Shown piece by piece: positions 24,663-35,239 of a stretch of DNA of 64,000 bases. The DNA comes from Alphaproteobacteria bacterium (GTDB lineage Bacteria > Pseudomonadota > Alphaproteobacteria > GCA-2731375), in contig CBDDBZ010000038.1 of the NCBI GenBank assembly GCA_965225945.1, positions 352,001 to 416,000 on the forward strand. The letters run 5' to 3'. How positions within the stretch are numbered: the first letter of the stretch is position 1; the number at the start of each line of letters is the position of its first letter. Made by a program: the position numbers and the translations under genes. Under the pieces are notes generated by a model. The model made no database searches, had not been told where the DNA came from, and worked only from the letters and a program-made list of their open reading frames with translations.

Positions 24663-25885
24663 CACAGTACACGACTCGTTCATGCTGGCTTTGGCCTGGG
24701 CACCTGGACTGGTGGTTTTCCGGGGACGAGGAAACGAATCAGCTCAATGGCTTGACGCCTGTCGATAGGATTGACGAGCTGTCGCCTTATCCACTCGAAA
24801 CCGTATCGGAAGATGGATTTTGCCATCCTTTTGTGGGTTTTGAGGCGGATCGGCTCGGCCTCGTGGAGCCAATCGCCGACTTTGTGCGCCCAGCAGAAGG
24901 TGATGGAAAGGACGGCGGTGAGCTTGGAGATGCGCTCCGGGTCGGTCATGTGGGTGTCGTCGAGGTTGAAGCCACGGGTTTTCAAGGCGGCGAAGAGGGT
25001 CTTGATTTGCCAGCGCTGGGCGTAGATGGCCAAGGCCTCCTCGGGCGCGTCGTTGGTCACGACGATCAACAGTTCGCCGGTCTTGAGATGGAGCGCGGCG
25101 ACGAAGACGGGCCTGGCCTTGGGTTTTCTGGCCTCCGAGAGGCGCCTGGCGTTGGAGAGGATGCGGCTTTCCCCGGGTTTGAGGTCGCGAAACAGCTCCC
25201 TCGCCTTGACCATGCGACCACGCGTGTTGGCGATCTTGATGTTGGATCGGATGCGGATGTGAAAGGGGATGGCCTTTTCCTGCAACCATGCCAGCCAGGC
25301 GTCGCCGATGAATTCCCGGTCGGCCAGGAGGCTGGCGATCTTGTCGACCCCGAAGAGCCGGAGGACGTGTTCGAGGATCGCGATCCGCTCCTTGGTATTG
25401 GAATTGCCCGCCTTGTCGAGCACCCGCCAGCACACGGGAATGGCGATGGCGCGGTTGACGATGCCGATCATCAAGATGTTGACGTCGCGGCGACCCAGCC
25501 GCCAGTTGGTCCGGTCCATGGTCAGCCGCCACGGCCCCGCCTGGAGCCCCATCATCGCGACCAGGAACTCGGCGAGGCGATCGTAATCGAAATCGACTTG
25601 CTCGAAAAACCGTTGCAGGCGCCGATAGTTGGAGCTGGATCGCGCGCGCCCCGGAAAGTGGCAGGCCAAGTGAGAGAGGTTCACCGTCCGGGCGACGAAC
25701 ACGCCGAAGACCAAGACGCAAAGGCTCTCCAGACGGCTCTTGCGAAAGGCGAAGCCGCATCGTAGCGTCTCACGCAGGGCGTTGATGGGGTTGTCTCGCA
25801 TGATTTCCCTCTTGACTCGTCGTGGAGTGAATCGGGAATCCTACAACCTTTTCAACGTCCTACGTAAATGCCGTCGTGTACCATG
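24663..25885 (-). mobile_element. IS4-family (IS10/ISAba1-like) insertion sequence
   Basis: Ends CACAGTACACGAC / GTCGTGTACCATG; 9-bp TSD CCTCCGGAC at 24654-24662 and 25886-25894. Confidence 0.9.
24680..25801 (-). CDS. IS4-family DDE transposase
   Basis: MDRTNW, LLADREFIG, Y.QRWQIKTLFAALKTRGFNL (Y-R-x-K signature with K in place of the usual E). Confidence 0.88.
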   Translation of the reverse strand: MRDNPINALRETLRCGFAFRKSRLESLCVLVFGVFVARTVNLSHLACHFPGRARSSSNYRRLQRFFEQVDFDYDRLAEFLVAMMGLQAGPWRLTMDRTNWRLGRRDVNILMIGIVNRAIAIPVCWRVLDKAGNSNTKERIAILEHVLRLFGVDKIASLLADREFIGDAWLAWLQEKAIPFHIRIRSNIKIANTRGRMVKARELFRDLKPGESRILSNARRLSEARKPKARPVFVAALHLKTGELLIVVTNDAPEEALAIYAQRWQIKTLFAALKTRGFNLDDTHMTDPERISKLTAVLSITFCWAHKVGDWLHEAEPIRLKTHKRMAKSIFRYGFEWIRRQLVNPIDRRQAIELIRFLVPGKPPVQVPRPKPA

Positions 25886-26309
25886 CCTCCGGACATAAAA
25901 GCTATCGTTGCGTGGTGCTGGACATCTCGCCGGGCGGCGCGGCGATCTGGACCCCCTCCTCCGAAGAGGTGCCGGAGGGCGCCGAGGTCCGCTTCGAACC
26001 CACGGGTCACGACACGCTCGAGGCCGAGGTCGTGCGCATGCGTGGCGGCGTCCTCGGCCTGATGTTCCTGATCGACAACGACGCCCGACGCCAGCTCGCG
26101 AAATGGCTGGTCGACTTGCGCCAAGCGCTCGACGAAGGCGCCTGAGGGCGGGCGGCCGAGTCGATCGATCGGGTGGGAGGAGAGGAAGGTCGCCCTTCCT
26201 GTCCCCCCACGCCACCCCGCGTACGGTTCCCTATACGGCGGTCGACGCCCGTGATGGCGTCCTCGGACCGGATGCTTGGCGGGAGACGTGTACGGGACGG
26301 AGACTTCGT

Positions 26310-26996
26310 CTACTTCTCGGCCTTCTTCGCGCCGATCTTCGCCAGCGCCTTCCTCAAATTGTCAGCGCCGGCGTTGGCGTGCTTGCCGTTGACGAGGATG
26401 TCCAGCGGGCCGGCATCCTTGCCGTAATAGGCCTCGTTGTATTCCTCGTTGACGTCGATCACCGCGCCCTCGACGTTGAGCCCGCCATAAAGGCCCTTGG
26501 TCCGCGAATAGGCCAGGATATCGGCGGTCTGCACCTTGGCGCCCTGGCCCACCGGGCCGGCCGCGACGGAGACGTCGGCGCCGAGCTTCATCGAGGAGCT
26601 CAGGAGCGAATCCAGCCCCTTCCTCGTCATCACCAGGAGGATGATCTCCGAGACCTCGCCGCCGATCTGCAGCCCGAAGGTGACCGAGCCCATGGCGTAA
26701 AAGGCAGGCGCGCTCCACGTCTCGCCCTTCGCCCCTCGGGCCGACAACACGCCGGAGCCGCCCGAGGCGCCGAAGATGAAGCCGGCCTTGACCATGGTCG
26801 GCACGATCAGCATGCCCTGGGCGTCGCGGGCGTATTCGCGGAAGGATTCGAGATTGGGATCGGCGGCGAAATTGGTTGCCGTCTTCGTGGCCCCGTCGAC
26901 CAGCTCCTGCTGCTCGGATGCCGACACGCTCGACCCGCCGAAGGCGAGTGAGGCGACCAGGATGGCCGCGGCGACGAATGTTACCGCGCCTGTCAT
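26310..26996 (-). CDS. lipid-binding SYLF (Ysc84) domain exported protein
   Basis: Signal peptide; KAGFIFGASGGSGVL, WSAPAF, FGLQIG, YSRTKGLYGG, NEAYYG. Confidence 0.88.
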   Translation of the reverse strand: MTGAVTFVAAAILVASLAFGGSSVSASEQQELVDGATKTATNFAADPNLESFREYARDAQGMLIVPTMVKAGFIFGASGGSGVLSARGAKGETWSAPAFYAMGSVTFGLQIGGEVSEIILLVMTRKGLDSLLSSSMKLGADVSVAAGPVGQGAKVQTADILAYSRTKGLYGGLNVEGAVIDVNEEYNEAYYGKDAGPLDILVNGKHANAGADNLRKALAKIGAKKAEK

Positions 26997-27258
26997 CTCG
27001 AGTTGCCCACGCCCTTCGCCCTTAAGCCATCGCCGAGCGTGCCAGGGCGAGGTCTCCAGACGCCGCCGCGACAGCGAGAGGAGTCTAAGCGCAACATCCC
27101 CCTCCGGCAACGAATCGTTCGGATCGAACGAGTGTTGCCGACCCGCCACAGCCTTATATGCTACCCTACGCTATCGCCAAGGGGCGAGCATCGCTCGGCG
27201 GATCACCTCCAGCGGATTGGCGCTGGCGAGGTGACGACAAGGGCGTGATTGAACCCAG

Positions 27259-27843
27259 ATGTCCGACAATTTCGATGCCCAGCGATCAGACGGCGGAAGT
27301 GGCCGTGGTCAGCGACGCTGGCTCGTCGATATCGAGACGGTGGCCGTCGTCGGCATCCGCTCCGTCGACTGTGCCATTCACGATCTCTCGCCGTCCGGCG
27401 CGCAGATCGAAATTTTGGGCGACGTGCCGGTCCGGATCGGTGACCAAGTGCGGATCGAGATGTTCGAATTCGGTTGGCTCGACACGGTGGCGCGCACCGT
27501 CGAGGGACCGCGTATCGGCGTCCAATTCATGCTCGACGAACAGGACATGGTCGAGCTCGCCCGCTTCATGGTCTCGCTGCGGATCTTCCGGCGCCCACCA
27601 CGACAGGACGTCGCCCGGCAGGCCGAACTGCGGGTCGAGGGCGATGCCCTCACCTGCACGGTCGATAACATCTCGCCGACCGGCGCCAGCGTGACTCTTC
27701 CGGGCGTCCCGGAGTTCGCCGAAGGCGAGAACGTCACCTTGGCCCTGCCGGAACACGAGCCGATCGCCGCCATCGTGCAACGGATCGACGGTTCGATCTG
27801 TGGCCTGATGTTCCTGGTGCGATTCGACGACGACGCGAGCTGA
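27259..27843 (+). CDS. tandem PilZ-domain protein
   Basis: Two repeats with CAIHDLSPSGA and RRPPR...TVDNISPTGA. Confidence 0.8.
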   Translation: MSDNFDAQRSDGGSGRGQRRWLVDIETVAVVGIRSVDCAIHDLSPSGAQIEILGDVPVRIGDQVRIEMFEFGWLDTVARTVEGPRIGVQFMLDEQDMVELARFMVSLRIFRRPPRQDVARQAELRVEGDALTCTVDNISPTGASVTLPGVPEFAEGENVTLALPEHEPIAAIVQRIDGSICGLMFLVRFDDDAS

Positions 27844-27859
27844 TCGACGCCGGGCGGGC

Positions 27860-28030
27860 GAAGTCGATCGCGGCGCGCCCGCCCCTGCAAGGGACGACGA
27901 TCACCGCCCCGGCCGACGCTCGGCCGCGAAGCCGGGCGCCGGCATAGGCCCAAGGGTCCTCGAAGCGACGATCCGGAACGCCCCTGTCGGCGATCGGCAG
28001 CCAATGCCACTCGAGGCCCAACGCCGCCAC
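27860..28030 (-). pseudogene. fragment of a CDKN3-like/dual-specificity phosphatase
   Basis: GLEWHWLPIADRGVPDRRFEDPWAYAGARLR...VIVVPCRGG resembles the HCxGGxGR region but is broken and lacks N- and C-termini. Confidence 0.55.
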
Positions 28031-28106
28031 CGACCGGCCGCGAACGAACGATTCCGACGGGGCCCGCGCTTCGCGGCCCGCCCCTACGGTTTCCAGGAGC
28101 GACGAT

Positions 28107-29261
28107 TCACCCGGCCAGTCCCAACAGCCGCTTGATCCGCGCCCATAGCACCGAGGCCAGCAAGCTCCCGGCGCCGATCTCCTCGACGGGGCCCGTCTCC
28201 GTCCTGCCCGACAACCGATCCTCTAGGTTTCGGGCGAATTGCTCGGTCAGCCGCCCGGCCAGGTCCAGGACCAAGCCCGAGCGCGTGAACTGCGCCACGA
28301 TACCCGTAAGCGTGAAGCCGAGCACCACTTCCACCCGCGTCGCCGCGCCCGCGTCGATATCATCGAGAGCGTAGCGCACCACGCCCCTCACTCGGGAGCC
28401 GGAGCGGTCGTCGCCGCCCTCGCCGGCTATGGAGCCGGTGTAGTCGCCGTCGTCGCGCCGGTGATCCCCCTCGCCCGAAAACGCCGCGCGGATCGGGCCG
28501 AGGTGGACGGCGATGCGGCCCTGGAGGCGACCGTCCGGCGAGACCTGCTCGAGCCGGGCGCCCGGCATGCATCCGGCGACCGCCTCTACATCAGCCATGA
28601 ACGCCCAGACTCGGTCGCGCGGAAATGGCAGCGTGAACTCTTGGCGGATGCGGGTCGCGCCGTCCTCCGGCGGCGCCGGGTCGAGCGTGGGCACGGCGAC
28701 CGCGACAGGCGGCGGCGGGCCGGATACCGCGATCCGAGGCCCATCGCTATCCGCCCACGACGCGGCGCCGGGTATCCCGCCTTGCCCGTCGGCCCGGGAC
28801 GCCAGCACGCGGCGGATCGCCAGGACGATGCCGAGATAGCCGGTGCAGCGGCAGAGGTTGCCCGAAAGCTCCTCGCGCACCCGCCGCTCGTCGGCGTCGG
28901 GCAGGCGGGAGACGATGTCGTGCGCGCTCGCCAGCATGCCGGGCGTGCAGTAGCCGCACTGCAGGGCATGTTCGGCGGTGAAGGCGGCGCGCAATTCCCG
29001 CATCAGCGGGTCGTCGTCGAAGTCCTCGACCGTGCGGACCTCGCGCCCCTCGCAGGCCACGGTGAAGGTCAGGCAGGAACGCACCGGGGCGCCGTCCAGC
29101 ATCACCGTGCAGGCCCCGCAAATGCCGTGCTCGCAACCCAGGTGGGTACCGGTCAGCAACATTTCCTCACGCAGGAAATCCGCCAGATGCGTGCGCGGCT
29201 CGACCGCCGCCGACACCGGCCGGCCATTGACGTTTAGGGCGATGGCTCTTGTCGGCTCCAT
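28107..29261 (-). CDS. CoxS-like (2Fe-2S) subunit fused to a CoxG/SRPBCC domain
   Basis: [30 protein letters not shown], then VAGCMPGA...AQFTRSGL. Confidence 0.88.
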   Translation of the reverse strand: MEPTRAIALNVNGRPVSAAVEPRTHLADFLREEMLLTGTHLGCEHGICGACTVMLDGAPVRSCLTFTVACEGREVRTVEDFDDDPLMRELRAAFTAEHALQCGYCTPGMLASAHDIVSRLPDADERRVREELSGNLCRCTGYLGIVLAIRRVLASRADGQGGIPGAASWADSDGPRIAVSGPPPPVAVAVPTLDPAPPEDGATRIRQEFTLPFPRDRVWAFMADVEAVAGCMPGARLEQVSPDGRLQGRIAVHLGPIRAAFSGEGDHRRDDGDYTGSIAGEGGDDRSGSRVRGVVRYALDDIDAGAATRVEVVLGFTLTGIVAQFTRSGLVLDLAGRLTEQFARNLEDRLSGRTETGPVEEIGAGSLLASVLWARIKRLLGLAG

Positions 29262-29279
29262 CCCAGCTCCGATGCGTCG

Positions 29280-30131
29280 CTAGCCGGCCAGTTGAACGGC
29301 GCGGCGCAGGGCCACCAGATGAATGCGCCGCTCGTAAGCGTCGTGGACCAGGTGCGAGCCGTCGACGATCGCCGCGGCCGCCGTCTCGTCATAGGAATCG
29401 ATCAGCGGGCCGTCCGTGGTCCGGCCGGCGAACAACCGCTCGCCCGCGTCGGCGATGACGATGAGCGGCGCCTCCACCGCCCCGATCACGGCCCGGGCGA
29501 GGTTCCGCTCCGGATCGATCAGCACGGCGCCGATGGCCAGCGCATAGTCGCCGCTCTTGCGGACGATCTTGTAGAAGCCCCAGCGCGCCGCCGCGCTCGG
29601 CCCCGCCACCTCGACGCGGGTGATGATCTCGTCCTCGGCCAGGACGGTCTGGAAGGCGCCGGTCATCAGTCCGTCCACGGCGATGCGGCGCGACCCCGTC
29701 GGCCCCATGGCCTCGACCTCGGCGCCGAGCGCGGCGAGCGCGGAGATCCAGTCGGCCGCCGGGTCGGCGTGGGCGAGGCTGCCGCCGATGGTGCCGCGGT
29801 TGCGCACCGCGCGATAGGCGATACCACGCGCCACCGCAGGGAGCACGCCGCCCGTCGGGTCCGGCACCGCGCCGTCCTCGATCTGCGAATGGGTGATGGC
29901 GGCGCCCAACGAGACACCGTGCTTGCCGCCGCCCGATTCGGTCAAGTCCTCCGCCCGGGAGATGTCGATCAGCAGCTCGGGCGCGGCCAGGCGCAGGTTG
30001 AGCATCGGCCCCAACGACTGGCCGCCCGCCAGCAGCTTGGCGAAGCGCCCCGCGCGACGCGCCTCGGCCAGCAGATCGACCGCATCGCGGGCCGATTTCG
30101 GCTGGACATAGTCGAACCCCGTCGCCTTCAT
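29280..30131 (-). CDS. CoxM-like FAD-binding subunit
   Basis: LAGGQSLGPMLNLRLA, RNRGTIGGSLAHADPAAD. Confidence 0.9.
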   Translation of the reverse strand: MKATGFDYVQPKSARDAVDLLAEARRAGRFAKLLAGGQSLGPMLNLRLAAPELLIDISRAEDLTESGGGKHGVSLGAAITHSQIEDGAVPDPTGGVLPAVARGIAYRAVRNRGTIGGSLAHADPAADWISALAALGAEVEAMGPTGSRRIAVDGLMTGAFQTVLAEDEIITRVEVAGPSAAARWGFYKIVRKSGDYALAIGAVLIDPERNLARAVIGAVEAPLIVIADAGERLFAGRTTDGPLIDSYDETAAAAIVDGSHLVHDAYERRIHLVALRRAVQLAG

Positions 30132-30141
30132 CGCCCGCCTC

Positions 30142-32484
30142 TCACGCGCCCGCCCGCATCAGGGCCTCGACCAGGCGCCGGGGCGTGATCGGAACCTCGG
30201 CGATTTCGACGCCCAGGTCCCGGAGCGCGTCGTTGACGGCATTGGCGATCACCGCCGGTGGTGGAATGGCGCCGCCCTCGCCGATCCCCTTCTGGCCGAA
30301 CGTCGTATAGGGTGACGGCGTCTCCATGTGCTCGATGCGCGGGGCCGGAATCTCGGCGGCGCTCGGCAAAAGATAGTCGGCCAGCGTCGAGGCCAAGGGC
30401 TGGCCCTCGGCGCCGTACGGCATTTCCTCGTAGAGCGCGGTGCCGATGCCCTGCGCCAGGCCGCCGACGATCTGGCCCTCGACGATCATCGGATTGAGCA
30501 GGACGCCGCCGTCCTCCGTGATCACATAGTCGAGAATGTCGATCGCGCCGATGTCGGTATCGACCGCAACCACCGCCGCGTGCGCCGCATAGCTGAAGGT
30601 GCCGCTGTCGCGGACGGGCTTGTAACCGGCGGTGACCTCCAAGCCGCCCGGATCGACGTCCGGCGGCAGATCCTGCGGCTGGCGGTACCAGGTGAAGGCG
30701 ACCTTGTCGAGACTGACCGAGCCGGCCGGCCCCACCACCGCGCCGCCCCGGACCCGGACGTCGGCCAGGTTCGCTTGCAGCAGATGCGCGCCGATCACTT
30801 TGGCGCGCTCGGCCAGCGCCATGCAGGCGGCATGCACCGCGCCGCCGGCCATGACCGCGCAGCGCGAACCCCAGGTCCCGGTCGAATAGGGCGTCACGCC
30901 GGTGTCGCCATGCACGACGTCGACCCGCGCCGGCGCGATGCCCAGCACCTCGTTGGCGACTTGGGCCAGCGTGGTCTCCAGGCCCTGGCCATGGCTATGC
31001 ACGCCGACCCTCAGTTCCAGCGTGCCGTCCGGCGCGAAGCGCGCCTGGCATTGCTCGTGACCGGGCACCATGGGAATGCCCCAGCCGGCATAGACCGAGG
31101 TGCCGTGCGCGGCCTGTTCGCAATAGATCGCGCAGCCGAGTCCGATGCGACGGCCATCCGGCTCGCCCGTCGCCTGACGTTCGCGGACCCGGGCGACGTC
31201 GATCGCCGCCATCGCGCGGCGCAGGCACTCCGGATAGTCGCCGGAATCGAAATGCTTGTTGGTGATGTTGTCGAACGGCATCCGCGCCGCTTCGACCAGG
31301 TTCTCCATCCGCACTTCCCAGGGCTCGCGACCCACTTCGCGGGCAATGGCGTCCAGCGTCAGCTCCATAGCGAAGCAAACGCCGCTCCGCGCGACGCCGC
31401 GATACGGCAGGATGGGTGCCTTATTGGTGGCGACCGCGAAGGTGCGGCAGCGATAGGCCGCGAAATCATAGGGTCCCGGCAGAATCGAGCCGACCTGGGC
31501 GGCCTCCAGGCAGGCCGAGAACGGATAGGCCGAATAGGCCCCGGAATCGACATGGGCCTCGGCATCGAGGCCCAAGAGTTTGCCCCGCGCGTCGGCGTGG
31601 GCGGTGATCCGGTAGTGGTGTTCGCGGCAGTCGGCGTTGGCGGTCAACTGCTCGCGCCGGTCCTCGATCCAGCGGACCGGCCGGCCCCCCCGCATGGCGA
31701 GCCAGGCGACGCAGATCTCCTCCGCCAGCAGGATGCCCTTGTAGCCGAAGCCGCCGCCGACGTCGGGGGCGATGACGCGCAGCCGGCCCTCGTCGATCCC
31801 CAGACATTCGGCGAGCCCTGAGCGCACGATATGCGGCATCTGGCTGGCGGTGTGGACGATCAACTGGCCCAATCGGCCGTCCCACTGGGCGACGACGCCC
31901 CGGCCCTCGATCGGCGCCATGCACTGGCGGGCGGTGCGGTATTCACGCGTGACCGTCACCGCCGCCCGTTTCGCCGCCGGCGCGATATCGCCGTCGACCA
32001 GGGATTCGAGGAAGACGTTGTCGCCCCAGTGCTCGTGCAGCAGGGGCGCCTCGCCATCCCGCGCCCGCAACATGTCGTGAACTGCGCCCAGGCTCTCGTA
32101 GTCGAAGCCGAGCGAGGCCGCGATGTCTTCCGCCGCCGCCCGAGTGTCGGCGACGCACATGGCCACCAGCTCGCCGACCAGGCGAACCTTCTCGCGCGCC
32201 AGCACCGGCTGTTCGGAGACCTTGAAGCCGGGCAGCGCCGAGACCGCTCTGATCGGCTTCACCTCGGCGAGGTCGGCAGCGGTGAAGACGTTTTCTGAAT
32301 GTTCGGGCGGCACGCGGACGCCCAGTATTCGGGCATGCGCCACGGATGAGCGAAGGAAGGCGACCTCGCGTAGCCCTGGCGGTTTGATGTCGGCGACGAA
32401 CTGGCCCCGGCCGCGCAAGTGCCGGTCGTCCTCCTTGCGGGGCAGTCGCGCGCCGACGCCCTGGCCGTCCCCGCCGCCGGCCAT
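30142..32484 (-). CDS. xanthine dehydrogenase family molybdopterin-binding large subunit
   Basis: RKEDDR.LRGRG, PDVGGGFGYK, PYRGVAR, HGQGLETTLAQ, GTWGSR, KGIGEGG. Confidence 0.9.
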   Translation of the reverse strand: MAGGGDGQGVGARLPRKEDDRHLRGRGQFVADIKPPGLREVAFLRSSVAHARILGVRVPPEHSENVFTAADLAEVKPIRAVSALPGFKVSEQPVLAREKVRLVGELVAMCVADTRAAAEDIAASLGFDYESLGAVHDMLRARDGEAPLLHEHWGDNVFLESLVDGDIAPAAKRAAVTVTREYRTARQCMAPIEGRGVVAQWDGRLGQLIVHTASQMPHIVRSGLAECLGIDEGRLRVIAPDVGGGFGYKGILLAEEICVAWLAMRGGRPVRWIEDRREQLTANADCREHHYRITAHADARGKLLGLDAEAHVDSGAYSAYPFSACLEAAQVGSILPGPYDFAAYRCRTFAVATNKAPILPYRGVARSGVCFAMELTLDAIAREVGREPWEVRMENLVEAARMPFDNITNKHFDSGDYPECLRRAMAAIDVARVRERQATGEPDGRRIGLGCAIYCEQAAHGTSVYAGWGIPMVPGHEQCQARFAPDGTLELRVGVHSHGQGLETTLAQVANEVLGIAPARVDVVHGDTGVTPYSTGTWGSRCAVMAGGAVHAACMALAERAKVIGAHLLQANLADVRVRGGAVVGPAGSVSLDKVAFTWYRQPQDLPPDVDPGGLEVTAGYKPVRDSGTFSYAAHAAVVAVDTDIGAIDILDYVITEDGGVLLNPMIVEGQIVGGLAQGIGTALYEEMPYGAEGQPLASTLADYLLPSAAEIPAPRIEHMETPSPYTTFGQKGIGEGGAIPPPAVIANAVNDALRDLGVEIAEVPITPRRLVEALMRAGA

Positions 32485-32486
32485 TC

Positions 32487-33755
32487 TCAGGCCGCCATCG
32501 GCAGCGGCAGGATCGGCGCGTCGGCATCGAAGCGTTCGCCGGCGCGCAGGCAGAAGGCGGGCGTCAGCATCCGCTCGGCGGTCACGCATCCGCCGGCGTT
32601 GTCCTTCAGGATCCAGCGGCCGCGGTCGTCGTTCAGCACCGAGACGTCGGCGAGGGCGCCCGGGGCGAGCGTGCCGATTTCGCCCTCCAGCGCGAGCAGT
32701 TCGGCACAATTCGTGCTCACCATCGCCACGATATCGGGCAACCCCACGCCGAGGGCCAGCAGCTCGGTCATGGCGAAGGTCAGGTTGAACTTCTCGGCAC
32801 CGGCGATTATGTGCTCTTCGTCCGAATGCGCCTCGGGCGCGCCGGGGGGCGGCGGCACCTCGGTGTTGTAGCCGTGCAAGTTGGCGCCCAGCGTGTCGGG
32901 CAGAATGTCCGCGTCCAGCACCCGTTTGGCGATCTCGAGGCTGAAGTGCGAGCCGTGTCCGACGTCGGTCTTGACACCCTTGGCCAGCGCCACGGCCAGC
33001 GCTGGATGGAGCTTGCCGTCCAGGTCGGTGAAACCGCCCGGATGGCGCGTGAAGGGATGCGCCAGCACGTCGCCCGGATCCAGCAGCTCGACGACGGCGG
33101 GCAGAATGGCGTCGACGTCCCAGACCTCGCTCGGCCTCTCCGGCGTCGGCCAAAGCTGGCCGAAATGGAGGTAGAGCGGGAGCTCGAGGTCGTGGCTGAT
33201 CCGCTTCGACAGGCGGATCACCTCGATCCCCCAGCGCTGGAAGCCGCCGATCTCGGCATGTGCCTTGATGCCCTTCACCAGGTCGCGATTGGCCTCCGCC
33301 ACCCGCACGGTCTGCTCGACGTCGACGCCGCTGGGTCCGTAGAGATCGGGGTAGTAATGGCCTTCCAGGCCGCCGACCACATAGGCCGAGATGAAGGCGA
33401 GGACGCGGCTTCGGGCCGGCTCGGCGATAAAATGGCGAAAGCCGGGAAAGGTCATGCAGCTCGGTCCGCCCTGATCGACCACGGTCGTAACGCCGGAATG
33501 CACGCCCACCATGTCGGCCTCGAGGCCGAAGCGGCCGCTGACATGGCGGTAGACGTGGGCATGGCTGTCGATCATTCCCGGAATGACCAGCTTGCCCCGA
33601 ACGTCGACGACCTCGCCCGCGCCATCGCTCGCGATGGTCTCGGCCACCCGGGCGATACGCCCGTCGGCGACGGCGACGTCCATCACGCGATCGAGGCCGC
33701 TGGCCGGGTCGATCACATGCCCGCCCTCGAGCAAGAGTTGAATTTCCGCCGTCAT
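32487..33755 (-). CDS. amidohydrolase/deacetylase (dihydroorotase-like) metallohydrolase
   Basis: GGHVIDP, PGMIDSHAHV, GVTTVVDQG, DVGHGSHFS, GALADVSV. Confidence 0.85.
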   Translation of the reverse strand: MTAEIQLLLEGGHVIDPASGLDRVMDVAVADGRIARVAETIASDGAGEVVDVRGKLVIPGMIDSHAHVYRHVSGRFGLEADMVGVHSGVTTVVDQGGPSCMTFPGFRHFIAEPARSRVLAFISAYVVGGLEGHYYPDLYGPSGVDVEQTVRVAEANRDLVKGIKAHAEIGGFQRWGIEVIRLSKRISHDLELPLYLHFGQLWPTPERPSEVWDVDAILPAVVELLDPGDVLAHPFTRHPGGFTDLDGKLHPALAVALAKGVKTDVGHGSHFSLEIAKRVLDADILPDTLGANLHGYNTEVPPPPGAPEAHSDEEHIIAGAEKFNLTFAMTELLALGVGLPDIVAMVSTNCAELLALEGEIGTLAPGALADVSVLNDDRGRWILKDNAGGCVTAERMLTPAFCLRAGERFDADAPILPLPMAA

Positions 33756-33898
33756 CTCATTTCTCCCGCGTCCGAAGTGTCGATGCGATCGGCCGTCGTG
33801 CCCATGGCTGACGCCGGCCGAGATCCTTGCATGATGTCGCCAAAGCGGCCGCGCCAGAAGAGATTTTTCGCACGCTCCGGTTCCCTTCGCCGCGAGGC

Positions 33899-35239
33899 TC
33901 AGGCCGCCAGCACCGCCTCGAAGGCTCGAGCGATCGCGAACAACGCCTCGTCCCCGCCGTGCTTTCCCGTCAGCATCAAGCCGACCGGTGCCGCGCCCGG
34001 CGCGTGGACGGGGAGCGAGATCGAACAGAGATCGAGGAAATTGGCGAGGCTGGGATTGCGCAGCATCGCCAGATTGATCCGGGCGTAGTCCGCGTCGTCC
34101 TCGAGTTCGGCCAGCCTCGGCGCGATCATCGGCACCGTCGGACAGGCCAGCACGTCGAGGGCCGCCGTCGCCTCGGCGATGGCCTCGCTCATCTCTCGGC
34201 GCGCGATCAGCAGGTCGATATAGTCCGCCGCCAATTGTTCCTCGCCCCTGGCGATGCGGCTGGCGACGCGGGGGTCGTAAGCCGCGGCCTCGCGCGCCAG
34301 ATGATCGCGGTGGACATGATAGGCCTCCGCCGCCGCCAGGCCGCCCTTGGCGTTGATTGCGGGCAGTCGGTCGAGCTCGGGCAAGGCGACGTCCTCGATC
34401 CGGGCGCCCGCCGCGCTCAGCCTCGCCAGCGCGCGAGCAAAATCCCGGGCGACGGCCGCGTCCCAATCTTCCGTCACGTAGTTGGCAATGACCCCGACCC
34501 GCACGCCGCCGGCCGCCCTCTCGGCCACGACGTCGGCGCCGGACCCTGAAATGATGCCGTCGACGGCGGCGACGCAGCCGACCGAAGGCGCGAGCGAGCC
34601 GATCGAATCGAGACTGAAGGAGAGCGGCGTGACGCCCTCCAGCGGCACCCGCTTCGCCGTGGGCTTGTAGCCGGTCAGCCCGCAGAGCGCGGTGGGAATG
34701 CGGCACGACCCGCCGGTGTCGGTGCCCATGCCGGCGGCGGCCATGCCGTCGGTCACCGAGATCGCGGCGCCCGAGGACGAGCCGCCCGGGATTCGGGCCC
34801 CCTCCCGGTCATGGGGGTTCAGCGGCGTGCCGTGGTGGGGGTTCAAGCCGACGCCGGAATAGGCGAACTCCGTCATGTTGGTGCGACCGACGAAGACGAA
34901 GCCGGCGGCGCGCAGGCGGGCGACGACCGGGCAATCGCGTTCCGCCGGCGGATTGTCGCGAAAGATCCGCGAGCCCGCCCCGGTGACCTCGCCTTCCATG
35001 TCGAAGAGATCCTTGATCGAGATCGGAATGCCGTGCCAGCGCGAGCGGGCGCGGCCCTCGGCCCGGGCGGAATCGGCTTGGTCCGCCGCCGCCCGCGCCG
35101 CGTCGGCCCGAAGGGCCACGAACACCCGTTTCCCCTCGCCGCGCGGATCCTCGGCTGCCGCCAAGCAGCGCTCCACCAGCTCGCGGCTCGTGACCCGGCC
35201 GGCGCCCAGGTCGTCGGATAGTTCTCGCAGCGTCTGCAT
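33899..35239 (-). CDS. amidase signature family enzyme
   Basis: PISIKDLFD, GRTNMTEFA, PGGSSSGAA, GTDTGGSCRIP. Confidence 0.9.
   Translation of the reverse strand: MQTLRELSDDLGAGRVTSRELVERCLAAAEDPRGEGKRVFVALRADAARAAADQADSARAEGRARSRWHGIPISIKDLFDMEGEVTGAGSRIFRDNPPAERDCPVVARLRAAGFVFVGRTNMTEFAYSGVGLNPHHGTPLNPHDREGARIPGGSSSGAAISVTDGMAAAGMGTDTGGSCRIPTALCGLTGYKPTAKRVPLEGVTPLSFSLDSIGSLAPSVGCVAAVDGIISGSGADVVAERAAGGVRVGVIANYVTEDWDAAVARDFARALARLSAAGARIEDVALPELDRLPAINAKGGLAAAEAYHVHRDHLAREAAAYDPRVASRIARGEEQLAADYIDLLIARREMSEAIAEATAALDVLACPTVPMIAPRLAELEDDADYARINLAMLRNPSLANFLDLCSISLPVHAPGAAPVGLMLTGKHGGDEALFAIARAFEAVLAA

Larger units (their letters stand above)
24371..26145 (+). pseudogene. CxxC + PilZ-domain protein split by an IS4-family element
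   Basis: Joining 24371-24662 to 25895-26145 gives a 180-aa ORF: MPKIVCPRCG...EHRNFMRW...GHKSYRCVVLDISPGGA (RxxxR and DxSxxG PilZ motifs). Confidence 0.85.

Noticed and set aside
24350-25765. 471-aa ORF as a real gene
   Set aside because: Chimera of the PilZ gene 5' part and the antisense strand of the IS4 transposase
28107-32484. Aerobic CO dehydrogenase (coxMSL)
   Set aside because: The active-site loop is PYRGVAR, not the form I AYxCSFR motif, and the context is amide hydrolases
33820-33860. Sigma54 promoter upstream of the amidohydrolase
   Set aside because: TTGGCGACATCATGCA has GG-N9-GC spacing, not the required N10
30142-34706. 1003-aa and 739-aa ORFs as large fusion proteins
   Set aside because: The N-terminal extensions are Arg/Gly/Ala-rich off-frame readings of upstream genes; real starts are near 32484 and 33755
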